DNA from: Mobula hypostoma
Lineage: Eukaryota
Assembly (NCBI RefSeq): GCF_963921235.1
Contig: NC_086097.1
Span: forward strand, 135,906,001 to 135,970,000
Length of the DNA stretch: 64,000 bases
Reading direction: 5' to 3'
Part shown: positions 47,275 through 61,130 of the stretch, one piece after another
Position numbering within the stretch: the first letter of the stretch is position 1
Layout of the letters: every line of letters begins with the position of its first letter
The notes under the pieces: generated by a model
Told to the model about the DNA's origin: nothing
What the model saw: only the letters and a program-made list of their open reading frames with translations
Databases searched by the model: none
Made by a program: the position numbers and the translations under genes

Positions 47275-50200
47275 GGTCAGGCACCATCTATGGAAATGAA
47301 TAAGCAGTCAACGTTTTAGATCAAGACGCTTCTTCAAGACTGGACAGAAAGGGGGAAGATGCCAGAATAAAAAGGTGGGGGGAAGGGAAAGAGGATAGTT
47401 AGAAGGTGATAGGTGAAGACAAGTGGGTGGGAAAGGTAAAAGGCTGAAGAGGAAGGAATCTGATAGGAGGGGAGAATAGCCTGTAGGAGCAAGCGAAGGA
47501 GGAGAGGACCTGGGGGGGGTGATAGGCAGGTGAGAAGAGGTAAGAGGCAAGAGTGGGGAACAGTAAAATTGGGGAGAAGGGAGGGAAAATGTTCTTACCG
47601 GAAAGCGAAATCGATATTCATGCCATCAGGTTGGAGGCTACCCAGATGGAATATAAGGTGTTGCTACTTCACCCTGAGGATGGCTTCATCTTTGCACAAG
47701 AGGAGACCATGGAACAGAACAGGAATGGGAGTCGGAATTAAAAAGTTTTGACACTGAGAAGTTCTGCTTTTGGTGGATGGAGAGAAGGTGCTCAGTGAAG
47801 AGCTCCCCCAATTTACAACGGGTCACACCAGCGTAGAGGGAAGCCACGCAGGGAGCACCGGATACAATGGATGACCCCAGCAGATACATTTGCCTCACTT
47901 TGAAGGATTGTTTGGGGCCTGAATGGAGGTGAGAGAGGAGGTGAATGAGCAGGTGTAGCACTTTGGCCACTTGCAGGGATAAGTGCCGGGAGGGACAAAT
48001 CTGAGTCAGGGATATCCCTCCTGCTCTTCGATGAGAAGATGCCCCAGTGCTGTATTTTTTGTTACACTCCAAAGAGCCATTATCAACAGAGCAGCACCAT
48101 CAGAACCGGACTGCTGATTTAAATTGGGGTACACGCTCCCGCACCTGGAGTGAGGCTTGAATCCATGAATTTATGGCTCAGAGGCAAGTGCACTCGTGCT
48201 CGTCAAGGCTGTGGAAGAAGGCTTGAGGCAAAACAACAGCCTGGGTATAAAGCTATGCTGTGAGATAATTGCTGGTAAATGCACACCGTAAAAACGTAAA
48301 CACGAGGAAATCTGCAGGTGCTGGAAATTCAAGCAACACACACAAAAATTGCTGGTGAATGCAGCAGGCCAGGCAGCATCTATAGGAAGAGGTACAGTCG
48401 ACGTTTCGGGCTGAGACCCTTTGTCCTGACCTTGGCCTGCACTGTAAAAAAGTAATTGTGGGGCTGTGGAAGAGGTAGGAATAGGACTAATTGGAGGTCA
48501 CTTTCAGAGAGAAAGCACAGCCTTGATGAACTGAATGGCCTCCCACTGGGCACAATGGGTGATCCACTCTAGCATTGATTCTACTTTTCTTTGACAAACT
48601 GAGCAAGAAAGAGGGAAGAAAATAAAAATCTGGGATTTATTTGGTAGTGTTCATCGTGTTCTAACCTATTTCTATATATGGACATTCTTCATTCTTATTG
48701 GCTGAGGAAGTCATGTGATATACCTACTCAAAATGGTGTCAATAACTAGAATGCCCGGTCCAGAAAGTAACTAGTAAGAGTACCAATACGAAGTTCAAGT
48801 GTTAAGCGTTCAACTTTATTAATAACGCACAAAATGCTGGAGGAACTCAGGTAGTACCTATGGAAACAAATAAACAGGCAATGTTTTGGGCTAATTATCT
48901 ATCATCAGGTGATAGAGAAAGCTCGTCGAGTGGGGAGGTAGATGGGTGGAAGAGAAGGGATAAAGTGAGAAGCTGGCAGGTGATAGTTGGAAAAGGTAAA
49001 AAGCTGAAGAAAAATGAATCTGATAAGAGTGGAGAGTTGACCATGGGAGAAAGAGAAGTAGATGGGGGCAAACTGAGGGAGGTGATAGGCAGGTGAGGAG
49101 AAGAGGTAAGAGGAAAGCTAGAATGGGGATTGGAAAAAGAAAGGAGGCGTGAAGGGCAGAAATTGCTGGAAGTTAGAGAAATTGATGTCCATGAATGTTG
49201 GAGGTTACCCAGATGGAATATGAAGTGTTGCTCCTCGAGCGCTACTCTGGATTTCCAGCATCTGCAGAATCTCTTGGTGATTATTAATAAGTAATTATAA
49301 TTCTTTGACATTCATAATGTTCAGTTGGAAATATCAGGAGCACAGACAGAAGAGATTTCATGTTCAGTTAGTGACTTGAGAGCTAAGCATTGCTACCAAA
49401 ATGAGAGTTTACTTGTACAATCTTCCTGCTTGTTCTTTCTTCACATTTCAGGCTGCCAGCAGCTGCGAATCAAACAATGTTCATTCCTGGTAGTGTCACA
49501 AGAGATTAAACATAGTGCTGGAGGCGACAAAGGGCTGCAGATGGTGGGATCTGATGGGAAAGGAAGATGGAGCTGGGAACCAAATGAGGGAGATGGGGAG
49601 GGCAGATGTTGGGGAAAGTAGGGATTGGTGAGAGGTAGGAGGAATGTTTGGGAGATGGGCAGATACAGAAGGTGGAGGAGGGGAAAGAAATAGTGTACTG
49701 AGGGTGGGGGTTCAAGCAGGAGATGTGTATTTCAGGAGGAGAGAGGAAGGGATAGAGAGGGATCAGATTACCTGAATTTGGGGAACGCGGTGCTCATGCT
49801 GTTGGGTTGCAGACTAAGCAGGTGGAATATGTTTTCCATCGACAACTGACAGGATAATTGGGTGGCCAACCACTTTAATTCCTGTCCCCATTCCCATTGA
49901 GACATGTGGGTCTATGGTCTCTTCTACTGTCATGATGAGGCTACTCTCAGCTTGGAGGAGCAATGCCTCATATTCCGTATGGGTAGCTTCCAACCTGACA
50001 GTATGAACATTGATTTCTCTAAATTTGGCAATTTCTTTCCCCTCCCCCTTCTCTCTTTTCCACTCTCCATTTTGGCTCTGCTATTAACTCCTTTCTTCCT
50101 CTCTCCCACCTATCACCTCCCTCTAGTGCACCTCCACCTTCCCTGTCTCACACAGTGCACTCTCTTTGCCTATAACATTTCTTCTTCACCTTTTCCCTAT

Positions 50201-50485
50201 CACCTCTCAGCTTCTCACTTCAAACCCCCTCCCAACCCAACTACACTCCCCCCCCACCACTGCAACTCACCTGGCTTTGCCTATCACCTGCCAGCCCGTA
50301 CCCCCTTCCCTCCCCCTCTCCTTCTTATTCTGGCTTCTTCCCCTCTTGCTTTCCAGTTCCATTGAAGGGTCATGCTCTGAAACATTGATCCTTTATTTTA
50401 TCTCCATAAATGCTGCCTGACCTGCTGAACTGCTCCAGCATTTCGTGTGTTACTCTGCATTTCCGGCATCCGCAGAACCTCTTTT
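47275..50485. mobile_element. Cluster of older Penelope 3' fragments (about 47275-48000 -, 48298-48430 -, 48825-49280 -, 49500-49830 -, 49850-50485 +)
   Basis: GIY-YIG C-terminal remnants (LEEQCLIFRMGSFQPDSMNIDF; LEEQHFIFHLGNLQ), purine/pyrimidine-skewed 3' regions and decayed hammerhead tails. Confidence 0.75.
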
Positions 50486-52215
50486 TCCTGGAATATGGTG
50501 TGCTGTTCTTCTAGTCTGCATTAAATCTCTGCATCTTGCAAACAGGACTACCGTACCTGGGCATGCTGAATGAGGAAAAGTGCCATTTCTGGCATACCGC
50601 ATTGGACATCAAGTATCTACCTCAGAGACATTACTTACACTCAACTAAATATCATTATGGCAACAGTTAAGTGATTGGCACATGTTACACTGTAACCTTA
50701 GACCATTTTAACTTATTTAGCAAGTCCATAGTGGGACCATGGCATTGTAAGTTAATGCCCTCTGCTGCCCATTGTTCATCGACCCCATTGATCTTTTGAT
50801 AATTGAGAAGCTGAACATAAATTATTAAGATAAACACAGCCATTAACTCCACCCTTCAATCTCTAATGACTTGTGCCTCAGCTGACAGATCTCCTATTTC
50901 AGGCTTTAAATTTAATTATCAGCAGATGCTCATTGCATATAAGACTTAAAAAGAACTGCACAACCAAGGCAATTTTGGAAGTCATAAACTGACGGAGTTG
51001 AATGTTATGGACCTTGAACCCACAGTTACTAGAAATACAATAGGTTCCAAATCAAAAACAAGTAAATTACTTCTAACTCAAATACTTTGTAAATGGACCA
51101 AGAATTGTTATTATTAATCTGTTGAAGACAAGACCAGGTGCACAAGGAGCACTTATATGTTCAACAAAATCTCTTGAGAAATAGAATTTCAGGAGTTGCA
51201 TTCCACCCAAGCTTGAGTTCAGTCTCAACCCAGAAAGTTATATGATGTAATGTACATATATACGTGACAAATAAAGCTAATCTCTCTCTCTTTAAAGTTC
51301 TAAGCTCAAGGCGATTTTAAATGACTGCACAGAGCAGAGCTATTCCATAGAATCAAGAAAAATATTCAGATTTACTGCTGCAGGTACAGCGATACTCAAC
51401 ACTGTTCCTGGAAAAAAGAACAAAGCCCACTAAAGTCATATGTCACTCTAAAACATAACCTGCAGAACTACAGTCAGTCTAGTGATGTGCTAATGAATTC
51501 TCATCCATATCTTTTCTGGACATATCTTTTCTAACTCCAGACATGACTAGATAGACTGAGGGCCTATCCTTAATCTTGATTTATATGGTGTATGTTCATA
51601 ATAGTCTCTTGACCTGCCTTCTGTTTCCCATGATGGGCAGGCATGAACTCATCCAAAGCTGCAATCACCACCCCTAAATCTATAGCAAAGGCTGGAGCCC
51701 CATCTGTGCTTACTTCCAAATAAATGCATCAACATTAAAGTTTCATCTCATTTTTAATGCTTCTATCACCTTGCCCCCTCTCCATTTCTATAGCATTCTC
51801 TAGCATCTACATTTGTTTAATTCTAATTTCCTACATGCATTTGCTAATTTCAATGCTACATTCCAGGTTGTCATGTTTTCATATACCTGGGCCCTGGTCT
51901 CTGGAATATACTCCTTAAACATTTCAGTCACTGGACTTATTTTTCCTTTAAGCTGCTTCTTGAGAGAATACCTTTTGGGATGATATATTCTGAGGCTCAG
52001 TAAGGTGTCAGATTTGTCTGAGTACATCAAGGTAGTAAGAAGAAAAATATTCTGATTTAATGCTGCAGGTACAGAAAAAGCAGAGTGTGCAGTGCAGGTA
52101 GATAATTAAAGTGCAAAGGCCATGATGAGGTAGATTAAGACTTAAGATTAGATCTTCACCTTTAGTATGTAAGAGATTCATTCAGAAGTCTCATAACAGC
52201 AGGATAGAATCTGTC

Positions 52216-52445
52216 TGTGGTGTATTTAATATTTCAGTAATAAGATATTGTTTGATTAAGCATTCTTTGTTTGCATAATTCATTATGGGTTATATAATAG
52301 AAGAATGTGAATAGCATACTTTATTACACCACCACTTCGTATGTGAGCACCTTACTAAATATAAGGAAAGGAAAACCTCGGTAGACCCATACCCTAGCTC
52401 TTGGGTCTTCCTTTCAATTAGTTTCTGGAGTTACAAAACATAACA
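52216..52445 (+). repeat. Gypsy 5' LTR
   Basis: TGTGGTGTATTTAATATTTC...TTACAAAACATAACA, a direct repeat of 58752-58989. Confidence 0.85.
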
Positions 52446-54116
52446 GTGGTGACAAAATAGTTTTAAAATGAACCCAAGACAACTACCAACCTGTTGAAGT
52501 GCAGCACGTGTTACTTCAGAATGGGACCTAGACAGTCGACTTTAAAAAAAAATAGGCAAAATTTATGGGTTCATAAATAGCAAGTACTGGGTGATAATAA
52601 TCATAAATAATAAAAAACAGAAATGGCTGGCTACATCAAAAAATAGACATGTTTGATTGCACAACAGATAACTAGATGATGTATAGTGAATGAATTGCAC
52701 AGTATTTTAAAACAAATGGAATAGCCAATAAGAAACAAGCACCAGTGTCACGGAACGTAATAGGTGGAAAAGCACTTAGTTTACTGAGAAGTTTGACTGC
52801 TCCAACCAAACCAGCCAAAATGAGCTTTACTGATATCGTGAAAGTAATACAGTTACATTTAGAACCAGAACCATTGTTGATTGCAGAACACCTTAGACTT
52901 GATAAGCCGAATCAAAAGAAAGGGGAGCCCATTTCAGCTTACGTGGCTGGACTGAAAAAATTGTCTGAGCAATGGCAGTTCAGCAAAGGGCTTTATGATG
53001 CAGTGAGAGATCAGTTAGTTTGTGAAATCTTACAAAAAAGCATTCAAAATGGCTCTTAACTGAAACACTATTAAAAGAGTAGTTGAAATTGCTGCATCAA
53101 TGTAAATGCAGCCAGAGACGCATTGAGTAGCACTCAGGAATGAAAACGAATGTGAACAAAATTGCAAAATCCAAACAGAAATATGCCTGGCCAAACAAAT
53201 TGTGTTACCGTTGTGGCAGAGGCTCACATACACCAGATCAATAAAGGTAGAACTTGCAACTTCCAACAAAGTAGGACACATACAAGGAGCATATTGGGCA
53301 GCCAAAATTACATGGATAGCACAGGGAAAAGAAAAAGATAAAATGTCAAGTTGCAGTTTCAAAAAGAGCAGTAATCTGCATTCCATTGATGAAAAATCTG
53401 ATAATGATGAGAGTGATATGGGAATGAGTAGACTCGAGATTTACAATTGAAAATTACCAAGGGACAAGCAATATGGCTTACACTGGAAGTGAGCGGTAAG
53501 TTAATTAAAATAGAATTGGACACGGGTTTGGCTGCTTCAGTCATTCCACAAAATCTGTTTGAACGGCATTTCAAAGATACTGAACTGAAGCCTGCAGATA
53601 TCCAACTAAGAACTTATGCTGGAGGAAAGAGAACTCCTGTGGGAATAACATTTGTAACAGTAAAATACAGCAAGCATTATGGCTGTGATTGGCTGAGACA
53701 ACTACAACTTGATTGTAGATCCATGCACCGTTTGCATTGCATCCCCTGCAATGGAGTCAACTGAAGGTGAATTAAGAAAGTACTGGATAATTCCACAGCT
53801 GTGTTCAGTGATCACACTGGAAAACTCAAACATATGAAGGTTAAAATAATGGTAAATAGAAGTGCCACGCCCAAGTTGTACAAAGCCTGTCTAGTTCCTC
53901 AAACCATCTGTGATAATGTTGTCAATGAGCTAGATCACATAGAGACTGAAGGGAATATTTCCAACGTTGTGTGGAGCCCATGGGCACCACCAGTAGTCCC
54001 AGTAGCCAAGAAGGATGTGTCTGTCAGGATCTGTAGTGATTTTAAGGTCTCCATCAACTCAGTACTGAAAGTAGCTCAGTACCCTCTGCCCTGGGTAGAC
54101 CTTTGTAAGTCTTCCT

Positions 54117-54727
54117 AGAGGAAAAGCACAGCAGTACCTCTACTCCCTTAGGAATTTGTGAAGATTCGGCATGACATCTAAAACTTTGACAAACTTCTAT
54201 AGATGTGCAGCAGAGAGTATATTGAGTGGCTACATAGAGCGTTGTCGCAGGAAAGCAGCTTCTATCATCAGAGACCCCCACCTCCCAGGTCAAACTCTCT
54301 TCTCACTGCTGCCATCAGAAAGAAAGTACAGGAGCCTTAGGATTCAGAGCACCATGTTCAGGAACAGTTATTACCCCACAACCATCAGGCTCTAGAAACA
54401 AAGGGGATAATTTTACTCAACTTCTCTTGCCCCATCATTGAAATGTCCAACAGCCAATGGACTTATTTTCAAGGACTCTTCATCTCATGTTTGCAATATT
54501 TACTTATTTATTTATTTATTCATTCTTTCTTTCTTTCTTTCTTTCTTTTATTATTTGCACAGGTTGTTGTCCTTTGCACATTGGTTGAACGCCCAAGTCG
54601 GTGTAGTCTTTCATTGATTCTATTATGGATTTATTGAGTATGCCCGCAAGAACATCAGTCTCAGGGTTTTATATGGTGACATATACTGTATGTGCTTTGA
54701 TAATAAATTTAGTTCGAACTTTGAACT
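54117..54727 (+). mobile_element. Rex1/Babar 3' fragment nested in the Gypsy RT
   Basis: ORF 54171-54395 MTSKTLTNFYRCAAESILSG...LFSLLPSERKYRSL, with tail GAACTTTGAACTTT. Confidence 0.8.
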
Positions 54728-56249
54728 TTAGCAAAAAGAACTTAGCTGAAGCCTACCTACAGATGGAGATGGAAAAAGTATCCAAAGTATTTCTCACCAT
54801 AACTCCCGCAAAGGGCTTTCTTGCTATGGTAGGCTTATTTTGTCTCAAAGAAGATGGCACCAACAAACAACGCAACCAAAGGTGATGTCCTTCAGACAAT
54901 TCACAAAACTACTTTTTTTACTTCTTCTTTCAAATATGATACTGGCACTATTGGAACCTGTGATTTACAGTTTGATGGTGTGCTTTCAGGCTGATTGAGC
55001 CATCTGGTGCTTTTCTGTCTCTGAGGAAGTTCGGTGAGGTTTCAAGCGGAGTGGGTGGACAGGAGACGGGGAGTGAGCCCATGATCGACTCCATTTCTCG
55101 CCAATCCAGCCAATAATAAAGTGGAGCAAGATTGAAATCAACAATGATGAGAGTGACAGATGAGCATGTGTTCAGTGCTGTCTGCCTGTGTTTGACCAGT
55201 CCCTCACTCTCTTGCTCTCTCTGCTGCTGAAGGAAGACGGCTGCATTTGACTGGTCTCTCTCTTCCTCTCGTTTGATGGTGGAGGATGGCGTCAGAGTCT
55301 TGGGTCTTGGGCAAGGTTTAATCAACATAGTTTGTTGAGTGGACACTACAGTTCATGTTATTTGTGTTTCTGGTCTCTGGTTACTCTTTTTTTTATTGCT
55401 ATTTTGTGCGATTTTGATTGGGGCAGACTGGCTCTACAGCCTGCAGTCAATGAACAACACAACACTGAACTGAACTAAACGGAACATTCCTAGACTGTTT
55501 CAATGACTTTGTGGTTTGATGTTTTATATTCTGTGTTTTTCACTATTTTTTTTTTGTTGTTTGCATGATTTGTTGTTTTTTATGCACATTGATGTTTTCT
55601 TTGCACGGGCTCCATGGTGTTTTTTTGTTTCAAGGCTGTCCGTGCAAAGCCAAATCTCAGGGTTGTATATCACATAAATACTATGGTAATAAACCTACAT
55701 TGAATCTTTGTATCTTTTTGGAGGATCATCTGCACTTGCACTCTGGCAGAAAGCTATGGACCAGGTTCTGCAAGGCTGCCTTGGGCACTCAGTGTTACCT
55801 GGATGACATCATTGTTACCAGTGACAATGACAAAGAACATCTCCAAAATCTCAGTACAATGTTAAAAAGATTAGAAGGTTACGGGCTCAGAGCACAAGCA
55901 ACAAGTGTGAATTCTTTAAACCAAGCATCACTTACTGTGGTCACTCCAGTGACGCACAAAGATTACACAAGTGTGCTGAAAAAATTCAAACAGTAGATGC
56001 CCCAAGACCAAAGGATGTGTCACAGTTGTGGTCCTTTTTAGGATTTGTAAATGACTATAACAGATTCTTGCCAAACCTGGTAACTGAGCTCCACTATTGA
56101 GCTCATTACTATAGATTGGGAAGAAATGGCAACGTATAAAACAGTGTGACTTTCCAAAAGACAAATAAACTGGTGATGTCAGACTTTGTACTCACACATT
56201 ATGATCCACATTGTCCAGTGAAGCTTAACTGTGACACCTCACCTTATGG

Positions 56250-56467
56250 CAGTGGTCCCCAACCACCGGGCCGCAAAGATGTGCTACAAGGCTGCAAGGA
56301 AACGATATGATTTGGCGATATGAAATGATATGAGTCAGCTGCACCTTTCCTCATTCCCTGTCACGCACTGTTGAACTTGAACACCCCCGACCCCCCGGTC
56401 TGCCAGTCTGCCAGAATATTGTCAATATTAAACTGGTCCGCGGTGCAAAGAAGGTTGGGGACCCCTG
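56250..56467. mobile_element. hAT (Charlie-like) MITE
   Basis: TIR CAGTGGTCCCCAACC / GGTTGGGGACCCCTG and perfect 8-bp TSD CCTTATGG (56242-56249 and 56468-56475). Confidence 0.9.
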
Positions 56468-57650
56468 CCTTATGGTATATCTGCAGACATGTCACTTGTT
56501 ATGAGTGATGGATATGAACACTCATGTCCCTGCATCACATTCCCTTACTGCTGCAGGTAAAAATTACGCACAGATTGACAGAAAGCCCTTGAGTCTGGTT
56601 TGGGGTGTAAATTGTTTTAACCAATTTACCCTCATTGCTGATCATCAACCACTAGTGTCCATTTTCAATCTACAGAAGAGCATTCCACCACCAGCAGTAG
56701 CACGAATGCAGAGATGGGCTCTGTTTTGGGGAGGACATAACCACAAGATGAATCCCAGTTCAGGCCTGAGGATGAGGAATGAGCTGATGTTTGGCTGATT
56801 TAAGCTTAGGGCCAGAATGTAAAGGTTGGGGTGTCAGGCCCAGGGGCAAAGGATGGGCTAGTGTTCTGTGAAGTTTACTTGTCTCTGTGGTGAACTGAGG
56901 CTGTGGCCTGCAATTAACAGGCTCTGAACTGGCTACAGAGATGAAATGCCTTGGTGGCTGTAGACTCACTTTCATGATTTTAGTTCTGAGTGTTACTTGT
57001 TTGCATTTTATTGTTTGCACAGTTCGTTCTTTTTTCACACGTTGGGTGTTTGATGATCCTTTTTATTGGGTTTTATTGTTTGTTTCTGTGGCTGTCTGTA
57101 AAAAGATGAATTTCAAGGTTGTTTATAGCATGCATACTTTGATGATAGAAATACTTTGAACTTTGTAAAGGACAACAGATCTTGGAAATGCTGATATATT
57201 GTCCTGCTTACCCTTGGGAAAAGAAATACCTGAAAAAACTGCAAATGGCTTGGCAGGAAGGTTTCTCTGGAACTAAAGTAGACTCTGAGAAATATTAGCA
57301 GAACACACCACTCTGACGCAGAATCAGAAGCTCTCAAATTTCTTCCTTGGATACCGCAATGCAACGCACTCCATAACCAACAACTCACTCGCTATGCTGT
57401 TCCTACGTCATCCCTTGCACTCACACTTGGATCTCCTCAACCCAATCTCAGAAGGAGAATGCAGGACAGGCAGCTGAGACAAATAGAACGCTCCTCAAAC
57501 AAACACTCTGGCGAGGGACTACAGAGGTGATCAAAAGTGGGTACTTGGAATGATTACTGGACCACTCTCCTGCATAGTGCAGATTGCTACTGATATCACC
57601 TGGAGACAACCCATTGATCAGTGGAGAGCAGAGCTGACTGTTAGAAGAGG

Positions 57651-57777
57651 TCCTGACGAAGGGTCTCGGCCTGAAACGTCGACTGCGCCTCTTCCTAGAG
57701 ATGCTGCTTGGCCTGCTGCCTTCGCCAGCAACTTTGATGTGTGTTGCTTGAATTTCCAGCATCTGCAGAATTCCTGT
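57651..57777 (+). mobile_element. About 130-bp Penelope-tail mini-insertion beginning with an intact hammerhead motif
   Basis: 12-bp direct repeat TGTTAGAAGAGG at 57639-57650 and 57778-57789. CUGACGA 57653-57659, GAAA 57673-57676, GUC 57678-57680. Confidence 0.85.
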
Positions 57778-58751
57778 TGTTAGAAGAGGAGGCTGTCCAG
57801 GGCTGTCAGAACCACTTTGTACAGCGCCAGACTCAACTCCTACAACCACCATGGAGAAGGCCCCAGAATCTGAGATTTGTTTCACAGGCACGTCTCACCT
57901 GCCAAGCAGAATGACCCACCCCCCCCACCCATCAGGAAAGATGTTATCTCACAAGAGTAAGAAATCCTCCACAGCGATTAACATCTCCTCCACTATCTCC
58001 ATCAGCACAGACAAACCACAAGGCTGTGTGCCTAGTCCCCTGCCCCTGCTCTACTCACCTTACACTGTGTGGCCCAACAGAGCTCCAATGCCATATTCAG
58101 TTTGCTGACGACACCACTGTCTTAGGCCAAATCAAAGGTGGTGACAAATCAGCATATAGGAGGGAGATTGAAAATCTGGCTGGTGGTGCCATAACAGCAA
58201 CCTCTTACTCAATGTCAGCAAGACCAAGCAGCTGATTATTAACTTCAGGAGGAGGAAACCAGAGATCTACAAGCCAGTCTTCATTGGGAGATCAGAGGTG
58301 GAGCGGCTCTGCGACTTTAAATTTCTCAGTGTTATTATCCACAACCTATGGACTCACTTTCAAGGACTCTTCATCTCATGATCTCAATATTTATTGCTTC
58401 TTCATTTATTATTAATACTTTTTTTTGTATTTGCACAGTTTGTTATCTTTTGTACACTGGTTGTCCACCCAAGTTGGTGCGACATTTCATTGATTCTATT
58501 ATGGTTATTATTCTATTATGGATTTATTGAGAATGCCCACAAGAAAATTAACCTCAGGGTTGTATATGGTGACATATATGTACTCTAATAATAAATTTAC
58601 TTTGAACTTTGTACTTTATATCTTTAGGCCTGAGTGGGACAATTCGAAACTTACTATGCTGCTGATGTCTATCCAGTAGTTGTATTATATAGTACACTGT
58701 TTATTAATGAGATACATCCTATATTGAGTTAGAGTTTATAGCAGAGACGAG

Positions 58752-58989
58752 TGTAGTGTATTTAATATTTCGGTAATATTTGAGTATTATTGTAAATATA
58801 TTGTTTGATTAGGCATTCTTTGTTTACATGAACCATTGCTGGTTATATGTAAGAGGTAACTGAATGGCGTTTGTCATTATGACAGCAAGTCATATGTGAG
58901 CACCTCACTAAATATAGGAAAGTACAAACTAAGTAGACCCATATCCCCGGCTCCTGTGCTTTTCTTTCAATGGGTTACAAAACATAACG
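58752..58989 (+). repeat. Gypsy 3' LTR
   Basis: TGTAGTGTATTTAATATTTC...TTACAAAACATAACG, preceded by a purine-rich tract. Confidence 0.85.
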
Positions 58990-59227
58990 CTGTCCTTAAG
59001 CCTGGTGGTACATGCTTTCATGAATTTACTTGCACAATCCTAAACATATCTCAGCAACTGAACACTGTGGACCACCTCCTGCCCTACCATAGACTTGGCT
59101 CTGACTGTGTTATTTTTTTCCACAAATGCCTTAATTCTGAGTCTTTTTCTCATCACAGTTTTGTATAATTTATGAATAACTCATGAACAATTTAAGTTCC
59201 ATGTGCTGTCTGAATTTACAACTGATT

Positions 59228-59560
59228 CCTTCTCCAAGTGTTGTCATCTTGTCAAAATGGAGAGGCTGGTTAGCTCCTGAGATCCTGAGAGTGATGTCGT
59301 CTGGCGTCTAGCCTATGATGGGGTCATTAATAGCAGTTAGGTCAAAAATGAGGTACCTGTCAAAGAGTGATCCAACCAAGACCTCAACGATGGAGTTGGC
59401 AGAAGATGATGACCATCACATCAGCAGTGATCTTGCATTCCACGCTACTGGACCTTGACCCCAATTTGTAAAGGACTGTGTGGTAACAACCAATGCATCA
59501 GCCTCCCCATTTTTAAAAAAATCACACATGGGCATTGTCCATGCAACTACTCGGAAACTC
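59228..59560 (+). mobile_element. Older RTE-5'UTR-derived element related to 6994-7410
   Basis: CCTTCTCCA...TTGTCATCTTGTC...GATCCTGAGAG...GGGGTCA...TCAAAGAGTGATCCAACCAAGACCTCAACGATGGA aligns with 6993-7160. Confidence 0.6.
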
Positions 59561-60789
59561 CTTGGGAGAACGTCATACTATTACTACTACCACCATGTGT
59601 CTGTAGATGCTGCAAGCAGGTTTTTCATTGTACCTGTACCTACCATACTTGTGCATATGACAATAAACTCGACTCGATTTGACTTGACTTGAATGCCACT
59701 TGTGTGGTTGTAATGACAACAAAACTCCCAAGTGTGGAATCCATCCAACGACTCATAAAGTTCCGCTTGGGCCCAGCTGCGTAAATAAACGTTTGGCTAA
59801 CGGTGACCTTTGGGAGGGAAGACCTTTGAAAATAATCATCCCAACAGGATGGTACGCTGACCCAGGGATCTGACAACGCTCAGATGAAGTTTCAATGAAA
59901 GCAGTGCCGGGATTTTGATCTCCGCAGGTTGAAGCTTCTATTCCGCAGAATGCCTCCAAGCTGATTAAACTACCTCAGGATCAGGAGTTATGGGAAGCCC
60001 AGGATTGGTAATGAGTGGATAAGGAGACTTAAAAAGCTGGATCACCGGTTTGTATGAAGCAATGTAATCATGTGCTGTTGGCTCACTCTACTATGAGCTT
60101 AGTAATAGGATTATCAGGCAGACAGGTAGAAAGAGTCAAGGGTGTGCACACATCCTTCTTAAAGGATCCCCACTGACTCTAGGAGATCCCTGGCTCATGT
60201 AATTGGTAATTGATTTATTATTTCACATGTACCGAGACATAGTGAAAGACATTGTTTTGCAGGCTATTTATACAGATCATTCCAAAATATGCACAATGAG
60301 GTAGTACAAAGGAAAAAACAATAACAGAATGTGGTACATATATAGTGTTACAGTTACAAAGAAAGGGCAGTGCATGTGGAAACTAAGGTGCAGGGGCCAA
60401 GAAGAGGTAGGTTGAGAGATTAGTAGTTATATGAGAGTTCCATTCAAGAGCATCCTAAAGGCAGGGTAGAAGCTGTCACTGAGCCCCATAGTGCACATTT
60501 TCAAGTTTTTGTCTCTTCTGCCTACTGGAAGCGGGAGAGGAAAGAGAATGACTGAGGTGTGGGGCTCTTGATTCTGTTGCTGGCCTTCCCAAGACAGCTG
60601 GAAGTGTAGACAGTGTCCATGGTGGGGAGGTTGGCATGCTTGATGGACTGGGCTGTGTCCATAACTCTCTGCAAAAGTTTGAGAACTTCAGATCCATACA
60701 TCAGGAGCATACAGGAGCTCTGCATAGGTGGTAGAAGAAACATACTGTCCCACAAGCTATCCCATTTGTTGGTTCTAACATCATATATC

Positions 60790-61130
60790 ATATAACCATA
60801 TAACAATTACAGCACGGAGACAGGCCATTTCGGCCCTTCTAGTCCATGCCGAACTCTTACTCTCACCTAGTCCCACCGACCTGCACTCAGCCCATAACTC
60901 TTCATTCCTTTCCTGTCCATATAGCTATCTAATTTAACTTTAAATGCTAACATCGAACCTGCCTCAACCACTTCTGCTGGAAGCTCATTCCACATAGCTA
61001 CCACTCTCTGAGTAAAGAAGTTCCCCCTCATGTTACCCCTAAACTTTTTCCCTTTAACTCTCAACTCATGTCCTCTTGTTTGAATCTCCCCCACTCTCAA
61101 TGGAAAAAGCCTATCCGCGTCAACTCCGTC
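60790..61130 (-). mobile_element. Young CR1 3' end
   Basis: DGVDADRLFPLRVGEIQTRGHELRVKG...FFTQRVVAMWNELP, with a (TATATGGT)-like tail. Confidence 0.85.

Larger units (their letters stand above)
52216..58989 (+). mobile_element. Decayed full-length Gypsy (Ty3) LTR retrotransposon with nested insertions
   Basis: LTRs 52216-52445 and 58752-58989; TSD CTGTC (52211-52215 / 58990-58994); PBS-like TGGTGAC after the 5' LTR. Gag knuckle CYRCGRGSH, protease ELDTG, RT PWAPPVVPVAKK...RICSDFK and CYLDDIIV, RNase H NYAQIDRK...DHQPL...RMQRWAL. Confidence 0.9.

Noticed and set aside
54171..54395. Similarity to DUF1891/ALKBH8-N-like peptides (LTNFYRC..ESIL.G)
   Set aside because: This motif belongs to the Rex1/Babar LINE C-terminal region and recurs many times in the window.
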